From the IMG/VR virus record IMGVR_UViG_3300025673_000012, positions 1 to 28,143 of that record: a stretch of 28,143 bases of DNA, one strand, 5' to 3'. Source of the DNA: a virus (taxonomy: Duplodnaviria > Caudoviricetes). Every line of letters starts with the position of its first letter. The stretch's first letter is position 1. Positions 19,138 to 26,075 of the stretch are shown here, piece after piece. The position numbers and the translations under genes are program-made. The notes under the pieces are model-generated. The model was not told the origin of the DNA, made no database searches, and worked only from the letters and a program-made list of their open reading frames with translations.

Positions 19138-19398
19138 ATGGCTAATACAATATTAGTTAAACGCTCAAGTACAGAAAGCGACTCACCCACAACATCTGAA
19201 CTTTCTTCGGGTGAAATCGCAATGAATACTAATGATGGGCGGTTATTTATCAAGCAGACACAAGGTGCAACTAATACCATTTTAACTATCCAAGGCCAGG
19301 AGTTTATTTCATTAGCTAACGCAACTTTTGATGATGTTGGTGGGGGCAAATTAATTACAGGATTATCTGGCGCAACTATTGATGATATTGGTGCTTAA
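19138..19398 (+). CDS. Short paralog with Mtd_N-like domain
   Basis: MANTILVKRS...PT.SEL..GEIAMN..DGRLFI parallels the N-terminus of 18227-19129. The C-terminus has a repeat (SLANATFDDVG / GLSGATIDDIG). Confidence 0.7.
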   Translation: MANTILVKRSSTESDSPTTSELSSGEIAMNTNDGRLFIKQTQGATNTILTIQGQEFISLANATFDDVGGGKLITGLSGATIDDIGA

Positions 19399-19839
19399 AT
19401 GCTTGTAGAAATTGCCGCTTGCAATGCCGCTTTTGCAATCCTCAAAGAAAGCATTTCTATGGGGAAAGACATAGTTGACTGTGCAGAGCATTTAGGGATT
19501 TGGTCAGAGAAATCCAGAGATATAACAGCGCAAGCAAAGAACAAGAAAGGTGGGGGGAGCGAGTCAGATTTAGAATTATTTATGGCGGCTGAGAAAGTCA
19601 AAAACCAACGTGAAGAACTTGAATATATGATGCGCTCCACCAGAATGAATATGTGGCAGGAGTTCATAGCGTTCGAATCCTCTCAAGTCAAGGCACGCAG
19701 AAAATTACGAGAGAAAGAAGAACGTGAAAGAGTAAAACGCACCGAATTTTTAATGACTTGCTTTGCTTATTTTGTCGCATTTTTAATTCTTGCAGGGTCA
19801 CTTTTTGGTGGATTGAAATTAATTATAGGGATGAAATAA
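19399..19839 (+). CDS. Hypothetical protein with coiled coil and C-terminal transmembrane helix
   Basis: Charged helix followed by FLMTCFAYFVAFLILAGSLFGGL; abuts both neighbours with no gap. Confidence 0.75.
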   Translation: MLVEIAACNAAFAILKESISMGKDIVDCAEHLGIWSEKSRDITAQAKNKKGGGSESDLELFMAAEKVKNQREELEYMMRSTRMNMWQEFIAFESSQVKARRKLREKEERERVKRTEFLMTCFAYFVAFLILAGSLFGGLKLIIGMK

Positions 19840-20064
19840 ATGCCAACACCAGAGCAATGTGCAGTCACAGACACGAAAATAACTGGCATAGACAGGGAGA
19901 TTATAGCGATGAGATTGCGGCAAGACAGGCTCGATGAACGACTAGACGCTATCACATCATCAGTCAATGATTTAAAAACGATGGTGGCTCAAGTTCGTGC
20001 GTTTGTTGCGGCATTAGCTGTTTTGGCTATACTGCCGGATTCGATTTTAGATATTTTGAAGTGA
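19840..20064 (+). CDS. Coiled-coil plus C-terminal TM protein, XhlA-like/holin-associated candidate
   Basis: Heptad LRQDRLDERLDAITSSVNDLK followed by AFVAALAVLAIL; located in the lysis region. Confidence 0.55.
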   Translation: MPTPEQCAVTDTKITGIDREIIAMRLRQDRLDERLDAITSSVNDLKTMVAQVRAFVAALAVLAILPDSILDILK

Positions 20065-20175
20065 GTGTATTTCGCCCATCAATATCCAATACTGTTAGCT
20101 TTTTTGGGTATCGCATACACTGCATTTTTACTGGGTTATGTGATGCACTTATTTTTGATTGAGATTTTCAGTTGA
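20065..20175 (+). CDS. Putative single-TM micropeptide (36 aa), not in ORF track
   Basis: GTG directly after the upstream stop: MYFAHQYPILLAFLGIAYTAFLLGYVMHLFLIEIFS*. Confidence 0.5.
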   Translation: MYFAHQYPILLAFLGIAYTAFLLGYVMHLFLIEIFS

Positions 20176-20291
20176 AAGAATGGTGGAGGTTTTTTATAGA
20201 AGTGGTTTTTTATATTGGACTCGCAATTTTAGGAAGTTCTATTGGTGTTTGGGTGCTACAAAATATTTTTGAGGTTTTCTACTATGGGTAA
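20172..20291 (+). CDS. Putative single-TM micropeptide (39 aa), not in ORF track
   Basis: TTGA overlap with the previous ORF: MKEWWRFFIEVVFYIGLAILGSSIGVWVLQNIFEVFYYG*. Confidence 0.5.
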   Translation: MKEWWRFFIEVVFYIGLAILGSSIGVWVLQNIFEVFYYG

Positions 20292-20439
20292 ATTAAACAG
20301 AACACACATGACTGACGAGGAATTAACTAACGAGGGATTGGAAGAAGTTAAAGCCGATGAACTTGCTGAAGAAACTAGGCAAGTGCAAATGGAGGATGAG
20401 TTTTCAACGCAAGACTTAGCGGAAATGAATGATGAATAA
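20284..20439 (+). CDS. Small highly acidic protein (51 aa)
   Basis: ATG 20284 with GAGGT SD, preferred over the track start at 20242; overlaps the lipase start. Confidence 0.6.
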   Translation: MGKLNRTHMTDEELTNEGLEEVKADELAEETRQVQMEDEFSTQDLAEMNDE

Positions 20440-21169
20440 AAACCGCGCTTTTGAGATGGCACAACTTTCAGAGCGCGCTTACTTGCCGCTAAAAGAGTTT
20501 CAGAAATTACACACTGACCGGCGGTTTAGTTTTCACTCTGTTTTTTATAATCAATTTTATACCGTCTGGACAGCGACAGAATTAATCTTTATTTTTCGCG
20601 GAACGGAAATAACCGATTTTTCAGACATTAAAGCCGATTTGAAGATGAGGTTAACACCAGTAACATCCGATAATGAAGCTGGCAAGGTGCATCGCGGCTT
20701 TAAGAAATCACTTGATATGGTTTGGGAATCGTTGATGGAAGATTACAATCGGTTGTGTGAGGGTCGGCACGTTATATTTACAGGTCATTCGCTGGGGGCG
20801 GCAATGGCAACTCTGGCTTTTAGTCGGTTTGATAGCTATGCAGAACTCTACACTTTCGGTTCACCAAGAGTTGGAAATTCTGATTATGCGGCGGTATTAA
20901 ATTTCAAGCATGGGGAGCGAATTTTCAGATTTATTAATAATTCAGATATTGTTTGTAGGCATCCGATGGCATTCTGGAATTATAGACACGTTGGAATCGC
21001 TTTCTACTTTAACAGTGATGGCACTTGCGTTACAAATCCAAGTTTCTGGCATCGCTTAAAACAATTCGGGTCAGGAATGTTTGAGGGTTTCTTGGATAAA
21101 AAGATTGATTCACTTGCTGACCATTCGGTTAGCAATTATGTGAGATTGACAAAGGAGTTAGACAAATGA
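20429..21169 (+). CDS. Class 3 lipase (alpha/beta hydrolase)
   Basis: FRGT oxyanion motif, VHRGF, nucleophile elbow GHSLG (20783-20797), YTFGSPRVGN, catalytic Asp in DIVCRHP, YRHVG and catalytic His in DHSVSNY. No signal peptide. Confidence 0.95.
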   Translation: MMNKNRAFEMAQLSERAYLPLKEFQKLHTDRRFSFHSVFYNQFYTVWTATELIFIFRGTEITDFSDIKADLKMRLTPVTSDNEAGKVHRGFKKSLDMVWESLMEDYNRLCEGRHVIFTGHSLGAAMATLAFSRFDSYAELYTFGSPRVGNSDYAAVLNFKHGERIFRFINNSDIVCRHPMAFWNYRHVGIAFYFNSDGTCVTNPSFWHRLKQFGSGMFEGFLDKKIDSLADHSVSNYVRLTKELDK

Positions 21170-21381
21170 CTTTACCACGATATTTTATCTGGTCGCTGAT
21201 TATCATAATGATAATTCCATTGCTGACAGGTTGCTCAGTTGGCACAACTATCGCGCATGGTGCTGACTATGCCGTGAGTCGTTATTGCGATATTCCAAAA
21301 GGTGCGCGTTCTGCGGTTCGTAAAACTGTTGCCACAACTGTCGCGCCAAACTCAATCCAGATAATTTGCGCTAATGACTAA
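21166..21381 (+). CDS. Small lipoprotein
   Basis: Basic/hydrophobic signal then lipobox LLTG-C23. Ser at +2 suggests outer-membrane sorting by the E. coli rule. Two more Cys; ATGA-coupled to the lipase. Confidence 0.8.
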   Translation: MTLPRYFIWSLIIIMIIPLLTGCSVGTTIAHGADYAVSRYCDIPKGARSAVRKTVATTVAPNSIQIICAND

Positions 21382-21787
21382 AAACAATACTATCGAGGAA
21401 TACATCAAAGGCAACGAGGGTTTGCGGCTCATGCCTTATCAAGATTCGCTTGGGTTAACCACCATCGGCTATGGGCGGTGTTTGGAAACTAACGGCATCA
21501 CTCAAAATGAAGCAGATATGTTATTTACTAATGACATGAATATTGTGGCTGATGAGTTGCGTAAGATATTCACCGATTTTGACAGTTTACGTTATAGCCA
21601 GCAAAAGGCATTGATGGATATGTGTTTTAATTTGGGGTCAACACGGTTGCGGCGGTTTAAGAAAATGATAGCCGCTATTGAAGCTGGTGACTTCAATGAA
21701 GCGGCTGTTGAGTTGCTTGATAGCAAATACGCAAGGCAGTTGCCAAGACGCGCTGGCGACAATGCTATTCTGATGCGTTTAGTTTAG
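21374..21787 (+). CDS. Endolysin, GH24 (T4-like) lysozyme
   Basis: Catalytic E15-x8-D24-x5-T30 (EGLRLMPYQDSLGLTTIGYG), ALMDMCFNLG and LLDSKYARQ. No SAR/signal segment. Confidence 0.95.
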   Translation: MTKNNTIEEYIKGNEGLRLMPYQDSLGLTTIGYGRCLETNGITQNEADMLFTNDMNIVADELRKIFTDFDSLRYSQQKALMDMCFNLGSTRLRRFKKMIAAIEAGDFNEAAVELLDSKYARQLPRRAGDNAILMRLV

Positions 21788-21920
21788 CCACCAACGCTTT
21801 CACCTCATCCCAATGCTCTGGCTTAATCCAGATTTTCTTATGCACTAATCCCATTGCCTTGCGCTTGGCATAAGATGTTTGTTGATGCTTACGGTTATTC
21901 TCTGGTGTATTTTTAGCCAT
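21765..21920 (-). CDS. Small basic DNA-binding protein, RHH-like candidate (51 aa)
   Basis: The likely start is ATG 21920 (MAKNTPENNRKHQQTSYAKRKAMGLVHKKIWIKPEHWDEVKALVAKL), overlapping the upstream stop. Basic helix + GL-x-beta-helix pattern. Confidence 0.6.
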   Translation of the reverse strand: MAKNTPENNRKHQQTSYAKRKAMGLVHKKIWIKPEHWDEVKALVAKLNASE

Positions 21921-22149
21921 TAGAGTTTTCCTTATCTCTTTCGTTTCTGATTCCGTTAAGATACTGAATCTTATTAATCTCATGAGCTTGAATTGCGACT
22001 GTTGTACTTTTCTCAAGTTTTCTTAACCAGTAATCTGCATCATCACTGCTTTCAAAGTGATAATAACCGCCCTTAAATTCCATATTGGAAGAAACTGTAT
22101 GTCCTGTTAAACCAATCGTTTCAACGTATAAGTAAAATGCTTTATTCAT
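21913..22149 (-). CDS. Hypothetical protein (78 aa)
   Basis: Good SD (GGAG, 22158-22161 on minus); middle gene of the 3-gene cassette. Confidence 0.7.
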   Translation of the reverse strand: MNKAFYLYVETIGLTGHTVSSNMEFKGGYYHFESSDDADYWLRKLEKSTTVAIQAHEINKIQYLNGIRNERDKENSNG

Positions 22150-22167
22150 GATTTATTCTCCAGTTAT

Positions 22168-22185
22168 GAGGGGCTTTCGCCCCTC
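22168..22185 (-). promoter_or_regulatory. GC-rich hairpin with GAAA tetraloop, no U-tract
   Basis: Minus strand GAGGGGC-GAAA-GCCCCTC, a perfect 7-bp stem located just 5' of the SD of 22149. Confidence 0.75.
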
Positions 22186-22193
22186 TGGTTAGT

Positions 22194-22463
22194 TTATTTA
22201 TACCCATTCGATGCATGCCATTGAAAATCATACTGATGATTCCAGAATGGGAACACTTCAACTTTGCAATCGGAAACCGTATCCCAAAAATAATAAGTCT
22301 TACCTTTTTCAGTCTGTAACTCACCAACCATAGGGTTTTCTCTTAACCAACCCCTAATCTCTAGGTCGGCGGCGGCTCTTAACTCGTCTAGCGATTTTGC
22401 TTTCTTATCAGCGATGAAAGCCAATCTGTTTTCTTCTTCTACTTTCTGGTCTAATCTGCTCAT
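22194..22463 (-). CDS. Hypothetical protein (89 aa)
   Basis: Strong SD AAGGAG; first gene downstream of the promoter at 22496-22524. Confidence 0.75.
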   Translation of the reverse strand: MSRLDQKVEEENRLAFIADKKAKSLDELRAAADLEIRGWLRENPMVGELQTEKGKTYYFWDTVSDCKVEVFPFWNHQYDFQWHASNGYK

Positions 22464-22495
22464 TTTTTTCGCTCCTTTTCGTTAGTGTCAGGTAC

Positions 22496-22524
22496 AGTAT
22501 ACTACTTAGTCCTAAGTAATGCAA
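22496..22524 (-). promoter_or_regulatory. Sigma70 promoter with palindromic operator in the spacer
   Basis: Minus strand TTGCAT-17 nt-TATACT. The spacer contains the perfect inverted repeat TACTTAG-N2-CTAAGTA (22503-22518). Confidence 0.8.
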
Positions 22525-22564
22525 GCATAATATTACCTATTTAGGCGGAATTAGGGGTATCCAT

Positions 22565-23566
22565 CTAAATATCTAAGTCTTCAGCTTTTAAATTAATATA
22601 CCGCGACAGGGCGGCAGATGATTTATGCAAGCTAACCAGTTTTAATTGCTCAGACGATAAACCGCGTTCAGCTAAGATTGAAATACCGTGATGCCGTAAA
22701 TCATGAAAGCGCAAATCTTTGATGTTGAGGGCATGGCAAGCGCGTGTGAAGTATGTGCCAAGCGTTTTATAATGCAGTTTTGGAAATATGAACTCACTAA
22801 TCCGTGGTTGTTTGTTGATTATCTTCCGCGCTGACTTTGGCAAGGCGGCTCGCTCAGATAACCCTCTTTGAGTTGGGTGTTTTAGGTTGCGAACCAGAAT
22901 GGTATTATTATGAATATCATCCCAGCGCAAGCGTGTTATCTCAGACTGCCTACGAGTGGAATAAATTGCAAACCACATAATGTATAGCATATAAGGTGGA
23001 AAATGCCGTGAGAGTCGCCACATTTCGTCTGGGGTAGGTCTGCGGTCACGTTCCACAGACTTAGCAACCAATCTGGTGCTTTTTAATACCTTGCGAGCCG
23101 AATGAAACAGGGTTAAATCAACAGTTAAAGAATCATCAACCGCTTGCATGGTACTGATGACAGTATGCAACCAAATCAGGTCAAGATTAGCCGTTTGCGG
23201 CAAACATTCATCATTTCTACTCCTTATATATAAGACAACATCATTAACGGTGAGCGCATTAACATCTATTTCGGCAATGGATGAACGCGCCAAACGGTTT
23301 AAATCACTGAGTTTTGAGCGTCCAGAAATGTTAAAGGTGTTTAAATAGCTGTGGATAACTTTCTTGATTGGGTAAGATGTTGTGCTGTGGTGGACAATGC
23401 CATGCTGGATTTCAGCTTGTCGCTTAACTGACCAATCTTTTGCAAGCTGATAACGTAGGAATGAACGCTTTTCACGATGGATAACACGTTTATTTTTAGT
23501 GATTTTTAGGGCGGCATCATAGATAATTACGCCATCGGAACGCTTGCGTTTGGTTATATGCGCCAT
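22565..23566 (-). CDS. int: Tyrosine integrase, dusA-associated type
   Basis: Catalytic R (STRRQSEI), K (NLKHP), HDLRH, H (VSLHKS) and Y (LSRY); divergent from a dusA 5' fragment. Confidence 0.95.
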   Translation of the reverse strand: MAHITKRKRSDGVIIYDAALKITKNKRVIHREKRSFLRYQLAKDWSVKRQAEIQHGIVHHSTTSYPIKKVIHSYLNTFNISGRSKLSDLNRLARSSIAEIDVNALTVNDVVLYIRSRNDECLPQTANLDLIWLHTVISTMQAVDDSLTVDLTLFHSARKVLKSTRLVAKSVERDRRPTPDEMWRLSRHFPPYMLYIMWFAIYSTRRQSEITRLRWDDIHNNTILVRNLKHPTQRGLSERAALPKSARKIINKQPRISEFIFPKLHYKTLGTYFTRACHALNIKDLRFHDLRHHGISILAERGLSSEQLKLVSLHKSSAALSRYINLKAEDLDI

Positions 23567-23579
23567 TAATTAAATCAGT

Positions 23580-23750
23580 CATGGGGAATTTATGGGGAAC
23601 TGTATGACTAAAATGGCACAAAATAAGGCTAAACAACAGCAATATGCGTAATCAAATAAATCGGAAGGTATGTGTTGCACCGATGCTCGATTGGACGGAT
23701 AAGCATTGCCAGAGTGCTTAATCAGCACTCATGGGGAATATATGGGGAAG
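23580..23750. mobile_element. attP region: core within the dusA 5' fragment, flanked by arm-type repeats
   Basis: CATGGGGAATTTATGGGGAA (23580-23599) and CATGGGGAATATATGGGGAA (23730-23749) flank a dusA-like stretch. Inverted repeat GAGTGCT-TAATC-AGCACTC at 23712-23730. Confidence 0.85.
23644..23721 (+). pseudogene. dusA: Replacement 5' end of dusA (tRNA-dihydrouridine synthase A), truncated in the attP state
   Basis: Translates MRNQINRKVCVAPMLDWTDKHCQSA*. APMLDWTD(R/K)HC is the conserved DusA N-terminal motif. Confidence 0.9.
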
Positions 23751-24174
23751 TAGGTTTAAAAATAGCGTATTGAGCGAGTATGGTTTTCTTAACAATATAT
23801 GCGGTTGCTTGTTTGGTTTCACCTTTGGGGGTGTAGGGAATCAGTTGTGGGGTGTGCTTGATAATTAAGAATTTCAATCGTTCTGTTTTTACCCAATAAA
23901 TGCCGTCATGTACCACAAACACCCACCAATCTGCTTTCGTTGTGATTAATCCAGAATCTTTGCCACCAAAGCTAATCTCAACACAAACATTGCCAGTTTT
24001 TTCAGCTTTAATATCGTATTTAACCTCAATGGCTTGCTTTGTTTCTGGAACGAAAATATCATAATCTTTAAAATAACCGTCAATCATTAATGCTTTCGGA
24101 TAGCTTGCTTGAATCGTTTTCAGCACCTTTCGCTCTACTTCCTGACCAACCGCTAAATCATCAGCAAATGTCAT
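23722..24174 (-). CDS. PD-(D/E)XK superfamily nuclease-like protein
   Basis: G..VE helix, YDIFV...IEVKYD, GNVCVE and SGLITTKADWW motifs. Confidence 0.7.
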   Translation of the reverse strand: MTFADDLAVGQEVERKVLKTIQASYPKALMIDGYFKDYDIFVPETKQAIEVKYDIKAEKTGNVCVEISFGGKDSGLITTKADWWVFVVHDGIYWVKTERLKFLIIKHTPQLIPYTPKGETKQATAYIVKKTILAQYAIFKPTSPYIPHEC

Positions 24175-24629
24175 GCTGGTGCGCCTGTAACCACATTAAG
24201 CAAGGGTTTATCCCTGTCTGACTCGCGTGGTAATGATAAATCTGTTTCATCATTCCAGCGCGACACAAGTTCTGAGTCTTTTAAGTGCATTGATTCAGAT
24301 AAGCCAAAGTGTTCTATAATTCTGCTGTAATCAACCGGGTCATCTTTCCAATATGATGATGACCTGTTCTTCATCTCTACATCGCACGATTTACATGAGT
24401 TCCGTAAACCGTCTGGTGTACGCGCATCAAGCGTAAAACTTTTATCTCTTAGTTTAAACTTTCCGCATAATGAGCATTGTTTGCCAGTTTTGACAAGTTG
24501 TTGCTCTGCTGTGATTTTCCGACAACTGACGCACCAAGGCGAATAACCATCTGGCGATGATAGTTTGCGGTGGAAGAAAACCACATTTTGAACTTCTTTG
24601 CAGTTAGTGCATTTCTTTTCAATTATCAA
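24171..24629 (-). CDS. Protein with two tandem Cys4 zinc-finger repeats
   Basis: KKCTNC...F....SPDGY...CVSC and KQCSLC...F....TPDGL...CKSC; TTG start with TTGA overlap. Confidence 0.75.
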   Translation of the reverse strand: MIIEKKCTNCKEVQNVVFFHRKLSSPDGYSPWCVSCRKITAEQQLVKTGKQCSLCGKFKLRDKSFTLDARTPDGLRNSCKSCDVEMKNRSSSYWKDDPVDYSRIIEHFGLSESMHLKDSELVSRWNDETDLSLPRESDRDKPLLNVVTGAPA

Positions 24630-24946
24630 GATGATGGCTCAGTTAGTTCTGGTGACACAACTTTATCAACAACTTCAGCCATCTTTTCTTCTGCGTCTTT
24701 TAACGCCTTGCGATAACCGTTTTTATAACCTCGCGTGTATTCAGCATTGCTTATCTTTTGTAAAAGTTCATAACTTTCTGTTATGTGCTTGTCGTGCATC
24801 CTATCTAGCCAATTCGTTATTTTGCTATTCATACTCATCACCTCAATAGTCGATATTCCACATTTTTCACAGTCACCGAAACACAACTCCACAAATGCTT
24901 TACATCCGTTACACCAAAATTCTTTTCGCATTAATTCTTTTCGCAT
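24626..24946 (-). CDS. Hypothetical protein with N-terminal Cys cluster
   Basis: Strong SD AGGAG; CNGC...CEKC, then a GYKNGY helix. A short duplication at the start encodes MRKEL-MRKEF. Confidence 0.65.
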   Translation of the reverse strand: MRKELMRKEFWCNGCKAFVELCFGDCEKCGISTIEVMSMNSKITNWLDRMHDKHITESYELLQKISNAEYTRGYKNGYRKALKDAEEKMAEVVDKVVSPELTEPSS

Positions 24947-25180
24947 TTTGTTCTCCTATTATTAAGTTGAGGGTTTGAGGGTGTCTACCAAACACCCTCG
25001 CCCCTAGTTCTGATGACGCACTCTGGCGGAGAGCAAGGCAAGCACCTCAAGAATGCTTGCCGTGATTATTCTTGACTCAAAGCCATCATCCACTGCGGTT
25101 ATTGAGGAACATAAAACTCGCGCCACTCACAGTAATACGCACACCATGCACCCCTTTCAATAGCATGGATTTTGGGAGGG

Positions 25181-25465
25181 TTAAAACGGAATGTCATCAT
25201 CAAATGTTTTTGCAACTGCTGGTTGCTGTTGTGGGGGTTGCTGTTGTTGTGGTTGTCTTGGTTTCGGGTCAAACATCGACACGATAATTGAATCACCACC
25301 GCGCTCATCTGGCACACCGGCTGGGTTGAACCATTTATAGAGCAATATAAATTTGCCATTATTTGATTCCATTACTGCGCCAATATTCTGATAACGGTTC
25401 TTTTCTTCACCTTGTTGATTGGTGTAACTTCCAGTCTTAACTGTTAAATCATAAAGTTTTGCCAT
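25181..25465 (-). CDS. ssb: Single-stranded DNA-binding protein-like
   Basis: Small beta domain, Q/P-rich linker and DDDIPF C-terminal tip. Start at ATG 25465 with AAGGA SD; follows exo/ERF. Confidence 0.75.
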   Translation of the reverse strand: MAKLYDLTVKTGSYTNQQGEEKNRYQNIGAVMESNNGKFILLYKWFNPAGVPDERGGDSIIVSMFDPKPRQPQQQQPPQQQPAVAKTFDDDIPF

Positions 25466-25475
25466 TGTTTTTCCT

Positions 25476-26075
25476 TTATAGTAAAAATTCAATTTCCACC
25501 GATGGCATGGTGGGTTGTGGGTTGGTTTCTTTGTGCCATTTCTTAGGCTTGGTTCTGGTCTGAACCATGTGCCAGAACTTTTGCAACAGTTCTAATTGCA
25601 GTTGCCAGTATTCCTCGCTGAACTTGATTCGCCATATTTTTAATTCGTCATGTGTCCAAGCTACTAAGTCACATTCTGGCAATCCTGTAATACCCATTTG
25701 ACCCATACATTGCGCGATGTAATGCGGTGGTGCTGTGTCATACATTCCGTAAAATGGGCATTTAAATTCAACAAGCCGCAAGTCACCTACACGACCATCA
25801 GGAGTACACCCCAGAAAGTCATGCTCTGGATGTTTTATGAACTGCTGATGCTCGCCAGCAAAATCAACAAACACACGCTGGTCAAGTTCGTAGGATTCAT
25901 GACAGTTCGACTCATTGTCAACGCCATGTTGGGTGGCTTCATTGCCATTGAACGGCTTGCCCTCACCAATTTCATCCCTGTACAGTTCATGGATTGATTT
26001 ATATTTGCTGATTCCCATAGCTGATGCGAATTTGGACGCTGTTAAACGCCCTTTTCGCTCTGGTGACAGGCTCAT
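25476..26075 (-). CDS. YqaJ / lambda-exonuclease family 5'-3' exonuclease
   Basis: RLTAS, HGVDNE, LGCTPDG, LVEFKCP and YIAQCMGQM motifs. Confidence 0.93.
   Translation of the reverse strand: MSLSPERKGRLTASKFASAMGISKYKSIHELYRDEIGEGKPFNGNEATQHGVDNESNCHESYELDQRVFVDFAGEHQQFIKHPEHDFLGCTPDGRVGDLRLVEFKCPFYGMYDTAPPHYIAQCMGQMGITGLPECDLVAWTHDELKIWRIKFSEEYWQLQLELLQKFWHMVQTRTKPKKWHKETNPQPTMPSVEIEFLL

Noticed and set aside
18227-19398. Diversity-generating retroelement suggested by Mtd_N-like domains
   Set aside because: No reverse transcriptase, no TR/VR pair differing at adenines and no C-type lectin-like C-terminus in this window.
388-19967. Numerous minus-strand ORFs within the late operon (e.g. 4161-4613, 6101-6427, 16988-17425)
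   Set aside because: They lie antisense to well-supported genes and show no recognisable motifs.
21166-21381. Lipoprotein as a conventional o-spanin
   Set aside because: No adjacent or overlapping i-spanin-like ORF, so it is not called as such; a distant partner outside the window cannot be excluded.
22565-23566. Shufflon/invertase acting on the tail fibre genes
   Set aside because: No inverted fibre cassettes or repeated crossover sites seen; the adjacent dusA-type attP explains the recombinase.
23580-23750. Mini-CRISPR array from the 20-bp repeats
   Set aside because: Only two copies, 150 bp apart, each internally tandem, with no cas genes; better explained as integrase arm sites.
23722-24174. 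Restriction-modification pair of the PD-(D/E)XK gene with the MTase
   Set aside because: The genes are ~22 kb apart in different transcription units, and stand-alone nucleases of this kind are common in phage early regions.
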